From the NCBI GenBank assembly GCA_019828565.1, contig JAHDYR010000005.1, positions 459,200 to 523,199 on the forward strand: DNA of 64,000 nucleotides. Direction: 5' to 3'. This stretch comes from Carpediemonas membranifera BICM. Lineage: Eukaryota; Protista; Fornicata. The translations under genes and the position numbers were made by a program. Below, one piece after another: positions 29,649-40,639 of this stretch; positions within the stretch are counted from its first letter, which is position 1, and each line of letters begins with the position of its first letter. A model generated the notes under the pieces. It was given only the letters and a program-made list of their open reading frames with translations. It was not told where the DNA came from and ran no database searches.

Positions 29649-31946
29649 ATGAAACAAAGGCAAAACTTAAGGTTTGTCACCGCATCATCCCTCACACAGC
29701 ATCTCCTGCCCCATGGCCGCGAGGAGGAAGCCCTGGTCCTGATCCTTCAGGGAAAGACGCTCAATTTCAATAAGCCTACTGATCTTGTCATCTCTCGTGT
29801 CCGTTCAGGCTTCTACTGCCCCACCATCGAGGCCGCCCATTCCCAGAGACGCCGACTGATCGAAGCCCGCTCCATCCAGGTACAGCGCACCGTCCACGAC
29901 TCCCGCATCGATCAGTTTCGCCGTATGATTGAGTCTAACCCGTCAACGATCGCTAACTTCGTGCGGGCCGACGTCGCCGTCCCTGTACCGTCTGCATCCG
30001 ACCTCGCCAGCATACGTGCTACTCTCCGCAACGCCAAGGGCTCATCCACAGAGCAGGTGCCGTCCACCATTGTCTCCCAGCCATTCCTTTCCACCAACAC
30101 CGTCGGGACCCTGCCCGACGTCACTGTCGCCCTCACCGGGGCCGTCCTCCCCGAGCCGGTTGCACTGAACGGCGCCCCCGTGCTCCAGCGCGCGATAGGG
30201 GTCAGCGCAGCAGTCGACCGGCCCTACAGATACCGTCGCCGACACCTGCTCCCCAACGCGGCCGACGACTCCGACCTCTCCCCGTCCGACACCGAGCCCG
30301 TCTTCCCTGACAGGTTCGTGGGCACCACACCCGCTCCTGCTGCCATTACGCTCGTCAGCCAGTCGGGAAGGGTCACGACGGGCACGGATCCCGAGCGGTT
30401 TGGACCGACGTCGATCGACCCGTCCTGCTTCTCAGTACACGCCCCGCACCGGCCGGCCGCGGATAAGGAGGTCAAGCTATCCAGCCGCGGCAGGGTGCTC
30501 CGGACGTCCACAGCTGCTGTACCCGCCGAGGAGGAGCCCGAGGAGGAGGAGGAACTCCCCCTGGCCCAAAGGGTGCAGTCCTTCCGCCCCCCGGACACGT
30601 TGTCCATGGAGGGCGGCAAGAAGACGCCCCTGCTGCCCCCCACGTCCGCCCTGGAGGCCCGGTTGTTCAAGGCCGGGGGCGATTGGAAGCTGAAACTGCC
30701 CAGGATGTCACACGCGGACATGGTCGAGCGGCTCAAGCGGCTGCACGGCCCCGAGGAGATCTATCGGCGGGTCAGACGGCGCCACAGGCATGCCTTCCGC
30801 CGCATGTGCCGGACGATCATGAAGTCGACGCAGCCCCCGCCGAGCATCAGCATCGACGTGCCCGTGGAGACGCTGATCGAGGTCGGCCGGACGAAGGTCG
30901 GCGACTCCATGGCCCACAGCACGAACAAGGAGCGCGCCACGAAGAGCGTCGGTCGTCCCAGCCGCTTCTTGCACCCCACACCCGCCCCCAACGCCCCCGC
31001 CATCACCAACGTCGTCGAGGCCGTCCAGTTCATCCTCCTCGCGCAGACAGACCTCTCAGCCTCCCTCGATGACATCACAAACTCCGTCCGCCGCCTCGGC
31101 ACCGCCATGTCCCGCTGCCCCGCCGAGATGTCCGCGCATGAGTACGTCATGACCGCGGTGCACCTTATGGCGTCCCCGGCCCCGGACGGCATCTTGCCAT
31201 GGACGATCACAGGGTACGAGCCGGCCACACAGTTCGACCTGACGGCCTCTGTCTCGCTCGGGGGCCCGATCCCGATCAGCAAGGCCCCGAGGTGCGACGT
31301 CAGGTCCCCGCTGGTCTTCTTCGACGAGGTCATGCGGCGGTGGAGGTATATCGCGTCCCCGACCGTTGATATCGCGACCCTATGCACATATTTCGACGAT
31401 TTGATCGATGACACCGTGGACAGAGGCCGCTGCGAGGTTGTCGCCGACAACAAGAGGGTCAACCACATCGAGGTGCCGCAGGGAAAAACTAAGATCGTAG
31501 TCACCATCCCCACGTTTGAGCCCGAGATCGTCGAGCAGTTCCAGCAACAGGAGACCGAGCGTTACTCCGAGCCCGAGAAGCCCTTCGTCTACGTCATCGC
31601 CGGCCGGCGGTACATCATGGCGCCACTGAAGAAGGGCCGTGGGGGGACCGGCCGTAACTCCCTCCTCGTCGACACCCGCCCCGCCCAGGCGACCATCCTG
31701 TCGATAGTGAAGGAGGCAGCAGCGAGGCTGCCCGACGGCTACGGGACGCGGCATGACGTGATCATGCTCGTCCGCAACAGCCAGTTCTTCATGGCGGACC
31801 AGACCGGCGAGGGTGCGCTTGCCCAAACTGTCGGCGGGGCGCTGGACCGGCTCCACGGTGAGCCTGACAAGTTCCTCGAATTTGATGCCGAGGACCGCGT
31901 CTGGACATATCTACACCACAACCGGTTGATGGCCGACTTCGAGTGA
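29649..31946 (+). CDS. NFRKB-like (INO80 subunit G) winged-helix protein
   Basis: FQQQETERY..PEKPFVY, TILSIVKEAAARLPDGYGTR, SQF, GALDRLH, WTYLH. Start uncertain. Confidence 0.8.
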   Translation: MKQRQNLRFVTASSLTQHLLPHGREEEALVLILQGKTLNFNKPTDLVISRVRSGFYCPTIEAAHSQRRRLIEARSIQVQRTVHDSRIDQFRRMIESNPSTIANFVRADVAVPVPSASDLASIRATLRNAKGSSTEQVPSTIVSQPFLSTNTVGTLPDVTVALTGAVLPEPVALNGAPVLQRAIGVSAAVDRPYRYRRRHLLPNAADDSDLSPSDTEPVFPDRFVGTTPAPAAITLVSQSGRVTTGTDPERFGPTSIDPSCFSVHAPHRPAADKEVKLSSRGRVLRTSTAAVPAEEEPEEEEELPLAQRVQSFRPPDTLSMEGGKKTPLLPPTSALEARLFKAGGDWKLKLPRMSHADMVERLKRLHGPEEIYRRVRRRHRHAFRRMCRTIMKSTQPPPSISIDVPVETLIEVGRTKVGDSMAHSTNKERATKSVGRPSRFLHPTPAPNAPAITNVVEAVQFILLAQTDLSASLDDITNSVRRLGTAMSRCPAEMSAHEYVMTAVHLMASPAPDGILPWTITGYEPATQFDLTASVSLGGPIPISKAPRCDVRSPLVFFDEVMRRWRYIASPTVDIATLCTYFDDLIDDTVDRGRCEVVADNKRVNHIEVPQGKTKIVVTIPTFEPEIVEQFQQQETERYSEPEKPFVYVIAGRRYIMAPLKKGRGGTGRNSLLVDTRPAQATILSIVKEAAARLPDGYGTRHDVIMLVRNSQFFMADQTGEGALAQTVGGALDRLHGEPDKFLEFDAEDRVWTYLHHNRLMADFE

Positions 31947-32130
31947 TGGGAGGGACATAAAGGTCAGCGCATGGGTACTATTGCTGCTACTGAGGCTAAG
32001 CTGAGTGACCAATCAAAATCATTTTTTGATCGGTTGGTTTATTTTGCGCAACATTTGAGATCCGAGGCACTGCTGGCGGCAGCCGGATGCACAGAACGGG
32101 AGAAATCGCCGCTGTGCTTACAAGGCGGTG

Positions 32131-33690
32131 ATGACAAGCACGACAGCTGATGCTGAGTGCATCAAACAACGAATATTCCATGCATACCTTGTCGCTGCCT
32201 CATTTGCAGCCAATGTTCCCGGCGATCTGACATCACTGGTGACGCGTGCCTTCCACTTGCAGTTCGGTGACGACATTGCGTCAATAAGGCCCAGCAGCAC
32301 CAAGACGCAGTTGTCCAAGGAGTCCCCGGCCGAGCTTCTGTCCGTCCTTTCCGATATCCCACCGCTAGCACCCAAAGCGCAGCGGCTGTTGGATCGTGTC
32401 CGCTCTATTCTTGTGGACGGCCCGGATCTGAGCATGAACGTCCCCTTGAAGGAGGGCGAGGTCCTTCCAGAGCGCCTCCACACCCTGCTCCAAGGCACTG
32501 TCTTCGCCACTCTGCTCGTGGCTGGCGCCGACCCTCGTCTCACAGGTGGTCCCCCCAATGAGCCCGACAGCCGCTGCCTGTGGTTCTTGTGCCGAAAGTT
32601 CCTCTTCTCGCACACTGTCGCGAAGAAGGACGGCGTGATCCAGGACCAAGGCAAACGCCGCTTCTGCCTGTACAATGGCAGACTATTCCACGGCCAGCCA
32701 TCCCGCAGACCATGCCAGGCGACGTGGGTGCGCCACCACCCCGTCGTCCGCTTCGCTGCCATGGGCCGCACCCTCACCGTGGCCACGCCCAAGGGTGTGT
32801 TCCAGCACGACGACATCCGCCGCATGAGGGGCGGGGGTTGGGTCAGGGTGCCCTTCCCCCTGTGCCCCCGTGTCGCCCGTTACGAGGCGGGGCTCGGCCC
32901 CTGGGCCAAGGACAGGCTGGTGCTCGCCATGCACTGCGAGAGCGGCATGCGGGTCATCCTCACCCACGTCGGCCTGATCGCCGCCGGTGAGGAGTCAGCC
33001 CCGCTCGTGGACTTCGAGGTGCGGTATGCTGATGACCGGTTCAGACCCGCCCGGCTCCCTGACGGCTTCCACCCCACCACCATGGTCGCCAGGGAGTCCA
33101 CCGTGCTCGTGGGGCAGGGTTCCCGACAGCTCGTGGCCGGCTTCAACAACTTCGGGCGGCTGGGACTCGGCCACTGCGATGACGTGAGGGGCTTTGTGTC
33201 CATGCCGTTCTTTGTCGATGAGATCGTGTACAGTGGCTTATTCAACGTCTATCGGTGTGGTAGCGACCATCTCTTCGCGGGCCTGGTCTGCGGCGACGAA
33301 GACGGGGACATGTCGCACATACTCACCCCTGACGCAGAGGTCGAGGTCGACGACAACGACAACATGTACATTACAACACCAACCCCCGTCAGACCCGAGC
33401 TGGCAGGCTTTTTCGTCTGCCCAGGCGGGCTGGTCACGGTGGGGGCAGAGACTAGCGTCTGCTCCATCGCGGGGGAGACTATCCCCGTGCCGTTTGCTGT
33501 AGCAGCTGTGGCAACGTCGGGGTCTCCATTCCAGCACGTGGTGCACCTGGCGGACAGGTCTGGTCACGGCTTTTGGGTGGACGCGGGGTCCAAACAGCCG
33601 GCACTGGTCAGAGAGGGGCTGTGGCCCTGTGTGCTGCCCGAGGGCTGGTGCAGTATGTCCTTCGTGTCCACAACAGCCCGGTCTGAGTAA
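32131..33690 (+). CDS. RCC1-like repeat protein, paralogue of 23128-24786
   Basis: AGFNNFGRLGLG. Shared GP.LSMN..L..G.VLP.RLHT.LQGT and LWFLC.K motifs. Confidence 0.7.
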   Translation: MTSTTADAECIKQRIFHAYLVAASFAANVPGDLTSLVTRAFHLQFGDDIASIRPSSTKTQLSKESPAELLSVLSDIPPLAPKAQRLLDRVRSILVDGPDLSMNVPLKEGEVLPERLHTLLQGTVFATLLVAGADPRLTGGPPNEPDSRCLWFLCRKFLFSHTVAKKDGVIQDQGKRRFCLYNGRLFHGQPSRRPCQATWVRHHPVVRFAAMGRTLTVATPKGVFQHDDIRRMRGGGWVRVPFPLCPRVARYEAGLGPWAKDRLVLAMHCESGMRVILTHVGLIAAGEESAPLVDFEVRYADDRFRPARLPDGFHPTTMVARESTVLVGQGSRQLVAGFNNFGRLGLGHCDDVRGFVSMPFFVDEIVYSGLFNVYRCGSDHLFAGLVCGDEDGDMSHILTPDAEVEVDDNDNMYITTPTPVRPELAGFFVCPGGLVTVGAETSVCSIAGETIPVPFAVAAVATSGSPFQHVVHLADRSGHGFWVDAGSKQPALVREGLWPCVLPEGWCSMSFVSTTARSE

Positions 33691-33857
33691 AGCTTGCCTG
33701 GTAGGTGTGTGTGTCACTGAAACTGAACTGAATTCGGGTTTCTACCTGTAAAACTACCCATAGCCACTCGCAGCGCCACTGTCAGGCGCTCCGCGCTGCC
33801 CCCCAAAATACCTGGGTTTGGATCGCTGCAGCTTTTGCAACAATCATCTCAGACAGA

Positions 33858-36800
33858 ATGGATCCAAAGGAGCAGATCATTGGGTCTCTGGCTGAACAAC
33901 TAAGAATACTACTCATTAGAAGGGCAGAGATCCTTGAGCAGACCGGATGCTCCACGCTCAACGTCGTGGTTGAAGCCGAATTTGCCGATGCCCTCCAGAC
34001 GGTAGCGCTGATGAACAAGCAGCAAGTAGTACAGCAGATTAGATCCATCTCCAACATCATCACCACGTTTGTGGAGCGTGACGAGGCTCTTGTTGTCGGC
34101 AATCTCGCCAAGACCCTGCTAGATATTTCGGCACGCATCCTCGTGCCAAAGGCCGCTCTCCCGGCGCAAGACGATACCGCCAAGGCCATGAACATCGATC
34201 TAATCAGCACTGAGGCCGAGCCAACCGGCGTGGCGATCGTTCTCGAGGCGATCCACGCGTCCCTGGCCGCGACTCCCCCGGACCGCCACGACCAGTACGA
34301 TACGACGGAGCTGACTGCCTTCTGCTTCTCCCGGCTGTCCTACGAGTACCATGCGTCCATCCGGCACCACGCCAGCCTCGTCCTCACTGAGCTGTCCCGC
34401 AAGGACCTCCCCGCTGTCGTCACACTCTTCATTGACCGCATGTCCGCCAAGGACATGAAGAAGGACGCCGCCCAGCGCGCTTTCATCTACTTCCAGCGGG
34501 CCGTGGGATCTCTCGCCTTTTCATTCCGCACCCCCGCAATGGCCGAGGCGACCTTCGACTACCTCGACGCCATCGTCATCTTCATGAAGAAGGCCACCCG
34601 CGGTGTCCTGCGTCAGGAGATAGCCCGATCCATCGAGAAGCTCGTCCCTGCCCTCTTTTCCCGCCCAACGCCGCCGCCCCCCATGGTCGACGGGTCTGGA
34701 CGAGGGTCAGCACCTCCGTCTAGACCCCCGCCCCTCGCTAACGGCAACAGACTCGGGCCCCTTGCTGACGACGACATGTCGCGGTACTGGGAGAGCATGA
34801 ACGCGCTGTTCGGATACCTGGAGGAGTGGTCCCGCAAGGAGAAGCATAGAGTGTTCAGCATGCGGGCCATGTTCACACTGGCGGCCTACATGAACGCGGA
34901 GTTCTTCAACAAGCGGAAGTTTGAGACTGTGCTGGACAGCGTCATCGAGAACTACTTCGCCCAGAAGAAGCACGGGACTAAGAACATTCCTCTGGACGCA
35001 GACTTCGCGATGCAGGCCACACTGGGCTTCTTCCGCAACCTGTCGCCGCTCACGGTTGAGGACAGCCGCGATCTCTTCCGACTCCACGTCGAGACTCTGA
35101 CCAAGTTCATCCTGCCGCCGAAGAAGAACTCCCCCTGCATCTCGTACACCCACTACTCCCACTCGGACATCAGGGGCCTGCTCACCGCCATCGCAGACAT
35201 CATGCCGGACGTCGTCTTCGAGCGTTGCCTCTGCGTGCTCCAGGACGGCGGGCCCGAGGCCGTCAGCGCCACGGCCATCCACACGGCGGCCTTCATCATC
35301 AACGGCAGGCGGGAGTTCGACAAGCTGGTCGAGCCTCGCCAGGACATGATCTTCGAGCTGTTTGTGAACCACATCGCTGCGGAGAACGCGTCCGGCAGCC
35401 CCCTGTGCGCCCTGGCCCTCGAGGCGTTCCCCACCCTCCAGCACAGCAAGCCCCAGCGCCAGGCTGAGTTCCTGTTCCACGTGGCGCAGCTGACGATCAG
35501 CACAGACCGGGCCGTGTCGAACAACGCCGCACGGGTGCTGGTGACGTTCTTGCAGGCCTCCCCCGCGGAGCACACGATCCCCGTGCTCATCGTCTTCATC
35601 CGCATCCTGTCGCTCGTGAACAACCCCAACATCTCGACGCTGCTCAAGGCCTTCGCCAACGTCTCCCTCACACTCAAGTGCTACGTTGACTACCTCGCGG
35701 AGATGCCCGGCGCCGAGACGCTCGACCCGCAGCAGTGGGGCGTCGCACGTTCCATGCTCGAGGGCGTCGCGCTCATCTGGATCACCCACTGCGAGATCAT
35801 CCTCCGCAGCGAGGCGTTCGGCCTTCTCAAGCTGCTCCAGACGGACGCACTCCGCACGATCGACATGCGCGAGACCCTGCTGGAGTCGATCCCACTCGAC
35901 CTGGCCACCCAGGAGCGGCTCGTGTTCGATGGCCGCTGGATGGACAGCATGGACTTCGTCAGTCAAGACCAGGGGTTTTTGAGGAAGCACCAGGGCGCCG
36001 TGGTGTACGCTTGGGGGCACCTCGCCTCATGCTGGGTGCCTGTAACCCGCCACACACTCGAGAGCCTGATGACTGTGGATCGGGACACGATGTCGAATCC
36101 CATGGGAGCAGAGTTTTTCACACAGTGGGTTGGTCAGCTTAAGTTCCTCTGTCTCGGCCTGGTCTCCGAGAAGGACAGCCAGCGGACCCCCATGGTCGGC
36201 ACCCTGAACAAGAAAGCCGCCCAGCACTACGCCCACTTGATCGGGCGGGACGTCGGGCCGATGGACTCGGTGTCCAACGCACCCGTCGACGAAAGCGACG
36301 AGGAGTTCTCCGACTGCCACGACTCGGACGACGGCTACATCACGGCCGGTGACGACGACGAGACCGGCGCCGGGTCCGCCTTTGCTGCGAACTTCGTGTC
36401 CGCCCACCTGCCCGTGCTGGAGACGTCGATCGACGAGTCCGCCGCTAACGAGTTCCTTCTGGTGGCGTTCATGTTGATCCACCACCCCGTCGCCGACATC
36501 CGCACGGCCACGCGCCACTACCTGAAGACCGTCCCCCGGGTCTCCCACGACGTCTTCTTCGACGGGCTGGGCCATTGCGAGACCTACATGAAGAACTTCG
36601 TCAAGACCCACGCCAAGAAGGGCCGCAAGAAGTCTCAGGACGAGCTGGCTGTGGGGACGCTGGTTGCCTTCGACGTCGACCTCCTCTCTCTCACGACCGT
36701 CTTCCTGACACAGATCACGCCCTCCCAGTCGGCCCTCCGCTTCGCCTACCAGCTGGTGCTCGACTGGCTCGACATCTGGTGCCCCGCAGGTGACGTCGAG

Positions 36801-39800
36801 CAGACCGCCGTGGTGGCCCGGCTGGCGCGGCTCAACGTCAACTGGCATTCAGCAGGCCAATTCCTCTCCCTCATGGGCGCCTTTTGCCGCCAGATCGGGC
36901 CCTGTCCCCTCATCCAGGCCGAGCCGGGCGTCCACCGCGACTACGCCGAGCTGGTCACCGACGAGGGCATCGTGTTCGAGACGACGTTCGCCACACGGTG
37001 CCTTGCCCTGATCAACGGCATCCAGCACGGCCAGCCTGCCCTCCCCGCCCTTGTCGAGGAGCAGCGCCAGGCCTTCGTCGACCTCGCCATCCTCGAGGCC
37101 CTGGACGGTGTCGTCCGAGTCGGGTCATCCGCTGTGAAGAGCACAGAGGCCGGCATCACGCCCCTAGCCGGCTCAGTGCTGATGTTCACGTACAGCCTCC
37201 TGCAGGCTGGGCCCCACGCCGTGCCGGGCATCGCGGCCACCTTCGCGGCTCTGCTCAGTGTCGACGGGCCCCGGTCCCCTCTCGTCGGCCTGCTGACAGA
37301 GCACACGGTCGTCTCCAGGGCTCTCCAGGTGCAGACGACCATCCTCACCGAGGGCCGCCTGCCCATGGAGTTCGGGTGCCCCAGTATCCTGACGCAGCAG
37401 CGGGTCCCCGGGCCTGAGCTCGAGGAGGCCACCGAGGCCACGCTGCCGGTCGACTCGTGCTCGCCCGCGTCACCCGAGACCCGGGCCTTGCTCGCCGCGT
37501 TCGCAGCGGCCTCTGCACTGGCGAACAACGTCGCCGATGATCCAGCACGCTGGCTCCAGGACGACGACGACCTCGCGTCCTGCCTCGCCCCCGCCGTTGT
37601 GTGGGCCGCGTCGCCCTTCGCGACGATCCGACAGATCGGGCTCGACTTGTGCAGCACCATCTGCCGCAACCGCATCGACATCGCCGAGGCGCTGGCCACT
37701 CTGCCGATCCAGTTCTCCCCCGAGCAGACCCGGCAGCAGCACGTTTCCGCCATGGCCTCGTTCGTTACATGCCTCGTCATGGCCCGTCCGCTCGTCTGCC
37801 CCGCCCTGCTCCAGTCCATGCTGCCCCTGCTCGCAGTGTCTCCCGTCAGCGACGCCGCGGCCATCCTGCAGCTGTGCAGCGGCGCCATCCGCTCCTACCG
37901 CCCCCTCGTGGCCAACGCGGGCCCCGGTGTCGACGGCATCCGCCTTGACGAGGACGGCCCCCTGTGGCCCGTCCTCGCCGACGACACCGACGCCCTTGTC
38001 CACCACATGCTGCATATGACCCTGCTTTGCCTCAGAGACGCGCAGCACCGGCCCGTGTACATCGCCGGGGCCCCACCGACCATCCCGGTGGTCCTGTCGG
38101 AGCAGCTGGAACACATGTGGCGGGCCCTCGTCGAGGAGAACGACATGTTCGATGACTTCGCCGTGGACGCCGTTGCCGCTAATCAACTGATTGTCGACAA
38201 GCTGCAGGAGAGCATGAAGAGCGTCATATCGCAGGTGGAGTCCGGCTCCGACGACCAGGAGACCGGCGCCGTCCTCGCCATGCACGCGACTGCCATGAAG
38301 TTTATATACAAGCTCACGTGCTCCACTGACGCCGTCGAGAGCATCGGCCGGCTCGCCCTCCGCATCAGGGCCCACGGCGACGCCCTCGTGCCCGCCAAGG
38401 GGGATGACACGGAGGCCCCCGCGACCCTGGACGAGCGCGTCGCGTTCCACATGGTCATGAGCGCGTCAAGTGAGCACGGGTTCGCGACGCTCGACCACGC
38501 GGCCCGTCTGCTGGCGTATGCCCTGTTCATGGAGCAGGATCAGACGCACCTCTTCACCATCACCCGCTACCTCGTCCACGCCGCCTCGATCGCCGGCCAT
38601 GAGGTCAGCTCCGCCTACGGGGCCGACAACGAGCTCTCCCAGACCGCCCAGCAGGTGGCCGCCACCGCAGGGGAGGCCCGGGATGCGTACGGGGAGTTTA
38701 TCGAGCGGTGGACGCCCGCCGAGCCCGGGTCCCTGGCGCGGGTGTCCGACTTTGTCGCCCTCAACTTCTTCCCCCCGACGGGTGTGGCCGCCCCGCACCG
38801 CATGCAGCAGTACGTACAGTCGCTGCAGTCGACAGACACGGCCGGCCCGGATGTCCCCCCCACGCCAGCGGCCCGGACAGCCGCGGCGTCCCTTGACACG
38901 ACGCACGGCCACATCGAGTCCCTGCTGGACTTCATGGGCGATGCGGTCGCCATCCTCAGCAAGAGCGTGCCCGCCGTCGGTCACCAGCTCCGGCGTGAGG
39001 CCCTCGGCTGGGCGCTGCGCCACTCGTCTGCTGCTGTGAAGCACCGGGCAATGTGTGTGTACTACACGACGATCAGGAACGCCAAGCCCATGCCCGCGGA
39101 CGTCGACGAGGCCCGCGCCCTCGTGGCCCTCTTCGCCTCGGCCATTGAGACCAACTCGAGCCCGCTGCTCGGACTAGTCGGCCGCTCCATGCAGCTCCAC
39201 GCCAGCTGCACCATCAACCCCGACGAGGCCACCGCCACCTTCGCCCGTGCGGCCGGCGTTGCACTGCTATCGGCCTCTTTCCCCGTCGTCGTGCAGGGTA
39301 TGAACGTGCTGGACTCCATCATCACGGCCCACTGCTCCTTCCCGTACGAAAAGGGGTCTGCATTGACATTTATCACCGACCGCGTCCTCCGCGGGCTCTC
39401 CACCACCGGCGCGGGCTTCATCGCCCAAGCCCTCGACGCGATGACGGCGACGCCAGACTCTCTCCCGGGTATTGAGGGCAGTCTCGTCGACGCCTACGGG
39501 GCAGGGACCGTCTCGGCCCGAATTGTGATGCCGCTGGTCCGGGTCATCGTGAACAACACGTTCAGCTCGCATATGCCCTACGCCATCTTCTCCCTGCTCG
39601 AGGTGTTCTGTATCGTCGCGGCCAGGACTGGCAAGGAGTACGCCGACGAGCTCCTGGCCACTCTGATCGCCCTCTACTGCGTGTTCGATGTCGCCACCCG
39701 CGACGCCGTCGTCTCCGACAGTGTCCGCGGTGACGAGACCACCGCTGCTCTCCGGGACCGCGTGATCATGTGCTTCGACCCAGCCCGTTGCTCCCAATTG

Positions 39801-40451
39801 CTCGGGCAGGTCAGCGACGACGACGACGTCGCCCTTCTCTTCGCCCCGTCCGGCACACTCGTCCAGGCGGGCAATCACCACCGGCTCCTCGGGCTCGTCC
39901 GCGACGCCGTCAACGACCTGCTGCCTGAACAGGGCGCTGGGCGGGATGCTGCCGTGGCGACGTGCATCTTCCTCATCTCTTTCATCGCGAACAGGTCCCC
40001 AGCCCTGATCTCTGCCTCCCTCACCACGCTCGACGGTCTCATCAGTCTGAGGTCCGCGTCGGCCTCTCCTCTCGAGCTCTCGCACCTGGCCGCCGTCGCC
40101 TCGAGGGCAGTGTTGCATCCGGACTCGTCTGTTGCCAAGGCCGCCGCCAAGCTGCTGTTCGACACCGGGCTGAACTCGGCTGACCCCATCGCTGCCACAA
40201 TGGTCGCTACGAGTAAGCCTGAGTCCGTGCAGGCGCCCAGGCCGCTCATGCCGTACCGTAGCCTTGATCTCGACTCCATCCCTGACCCGCGTGCCGCGAT
40301 GAAGGCCATCTCCGATACCGGTCTGCGCCTTATGGAGTCCCACCGAAAGGAGCTCGCGGTCGTGCCAATGTCCGAGGACACGCTGGAATTCAACGGCAGT
40401 CTCATCGCCGGCCTGCTCTTCGCAGAGGTCGGCATCGACGCCTCGCCCTAG
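33858..40451 (+). CDS. Large ARM/HEAT protein, probably Furry/Tao3/Mor2-like
   Basis: 2197-aa helical ORF. The N-terminal region (LSRKDLPAVVTLF...WSRKEKH) resembles the MOR2-PAG1 N domain by eye only. Confidence 0.55.
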   Translation: MDPKEQIIGSLAEQLRILLIRRAEILEQTGCSTLNVVVEAEFADALQTVALMNKQQVVQQIRSISNIITTFVERDEALVVGNLAKTLLDISARILVPKAALPAQDDTAKAMNIDLISTEAEPTGVAIVLEAIHASLAATPPDRHDQYDTTELTAFCFSRLSYEYHASIRHHASLVLTELSRKDLPAVVTLFIDRMSAKDMKKDAAQRAFIYFQRAVGSLAFSFRTPAMAEATFDYLDAIVIFMKKATRGVLRQEIARSIEKLVPALFSRPTPPPPMVDGSGRGSAPPSRPPPLANGNRLGPLADDDMSRYWESMNALFGYLEEWSRKEKHRVFSMRAMFTLAAYMNAEFFNKRKFETVLDSVIENYFAQKKHGTKNIPLDADFAMQATLGFFRNLSPLTVEDSRDLFRLHVETLTKFILPPKKNSPCISYTHYSHSDIRGLLTAIADIMPDVVFERCLCVLQDGGPEAVSATAIHTAAFIINGRREFDKLVEPRQDMIFELFVNHIAAENASGSPLCALALEAFPTLQHSKPQRQAEFLFHVAQLTISTDRAVSNNAARVLVTFLQASPAEHTIPVLIVFIRILSLVNNPNISTLLKAFANVSLTLKCYVDYLAEMPGAETLDPQQWGVARSMLEGVALIWITHCEIILRSEAFGLLKLLQTDALRTIDMRETLLESIPLDLATQERLVFDGRWMDSMDFVSQDQGFLRKHQGAVVYAWGHLASCWVPVTRHTLESLMTVDRDTMSNPMGAEFFTQWVGQLKFLCLGLVSEKDSQRTPMVGTLNKKAAQHYAHLIGRDVGPMDSVSNAPVDESDEEFSDCHDSDDGYITAGDDDETGAGSAFAANFVSAHLPVLETSIDESAANEFLLVAFMLIHHPVADIRTATRHYLKTVPRVSHDVFFDGLGHCETYMKNFVKTHAKKGRKKSQDELAVGTLVAFDVDLLSLTTVFLTQITPSQSALRFAYQLVLDWLDIWCPAGDVEQTAVVARLARLNVNWHSAGQFLSLMGAFCRQIGPCPLIQAEPGVHRDYAELVTDEGIVFETTFATRCLALINGIQHGQPALPALVEEQRQAFVDLAILEALDGVVRVGSSAVKSTEAGITPLAGSVLMFTYSLLQAGPHAVPGIAATFAALLSVDGPRSPLVGLLTEHTVVSRALQVQTTILTEGRLPMEFGCPSILTQQRVPGPELEEATEATLPVDSCSPASPETRALLAAFAAASALANNVADDPARWLQDDDDLASCLAPAVVWAASPFATIRQIGLDLCSTICRNRIDIAEALATLPIQFSPEQTRQQHVSAMASFVTCLVMARPLVCPALLQSMLPLLAVSPVSDAAAILQLCSGAIRSYRPLVANAGPGVDGIRLDEDGPLWPVLADDTDALVHHMLHMTLLCLRDAQHRPVYIAGAPPTIPVVLSEQLEHMWRALVEENDMFDDFAVDAVAANQLIVDKLQESMKSVISQVESGSDDQETGAVLAMHATAMKFIYKLTCSTDAVESIGRLALRIRAHGDALVPAKGDDTEAPATLDERVAFHMVMSASSEHGFATLDHAARLLAYALFMEQDQTHLFTITRYLVHAASIAGHEVSSAYGADNELSQTAQQVAATAGEARDAYGEFIERWTPAEPGSLARVSDFVALNFFPPTGVAAPHRMQQYVQSLQSTDTAGPDVPPTPAARTAAASLDTTHGHIESLLDFMGDAVAILSKSVPAVGHQLRREALGWALRHSSAAVKHRAMCVYYTTIRNAKPMPADVDEARALVALFASAIETNSSPLLGLVGRSMQLHASCTINPDEATATFARAAGVALLSASFPVVVQGMNVLDSIITAHCSFPYEKGSALTFITDRVLRGLSTTGAGFIAQALDAMTATPDSLPGIEGSLVDAYGAGTVSARIVMPLVRVIVNNTFSSHMPYAIFSLLEVFCIVAARTGKEYADELLATLIALYCVFDVATRDAVVSDSVRGDETTAALRDRVIMCFDPARCSQLLGQVSDDDDVALLFAPSGTLVQAGNHHRLLGLVRDAVNDLLPEQGAGRDAAVATCIFLISFIANRSPALISASLTTLDGLISLRSASASPLELSHLAAVASRAVLHPDSSVAKAAAKLLFDTGLNSADPIAATMVATSKPESVQAPRPLMPYRSLDLDSIPDPRAAMKAISDTGLRLMESHRKELAVVPMSEDTLEFNGSLIAGLLFAEVGIDASP

Positions 40452-40639
40452 ATTCGATTATAAGATTCGATGTAATAAAATGTTGTTGAAGTTGAGTTTA
40501 TTATTCATCATGGGTCGATGCGTTTGACATAGCGGCTGCAGCAAGCTCGTTGAGGTCATCAGTACCGGTGTCTGAGTTGACTGTGCCCTCAATCACGTGG
40601 CGCGACACTCCACCCAGGCCAGTCACATTCTCGTCAAGG

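Noticed and set aside
10139-40451. Many antisense and off-frame ORFs over host genes
   Set aside because: Expected from high GC3 codon bias, with no recognisable motifs.
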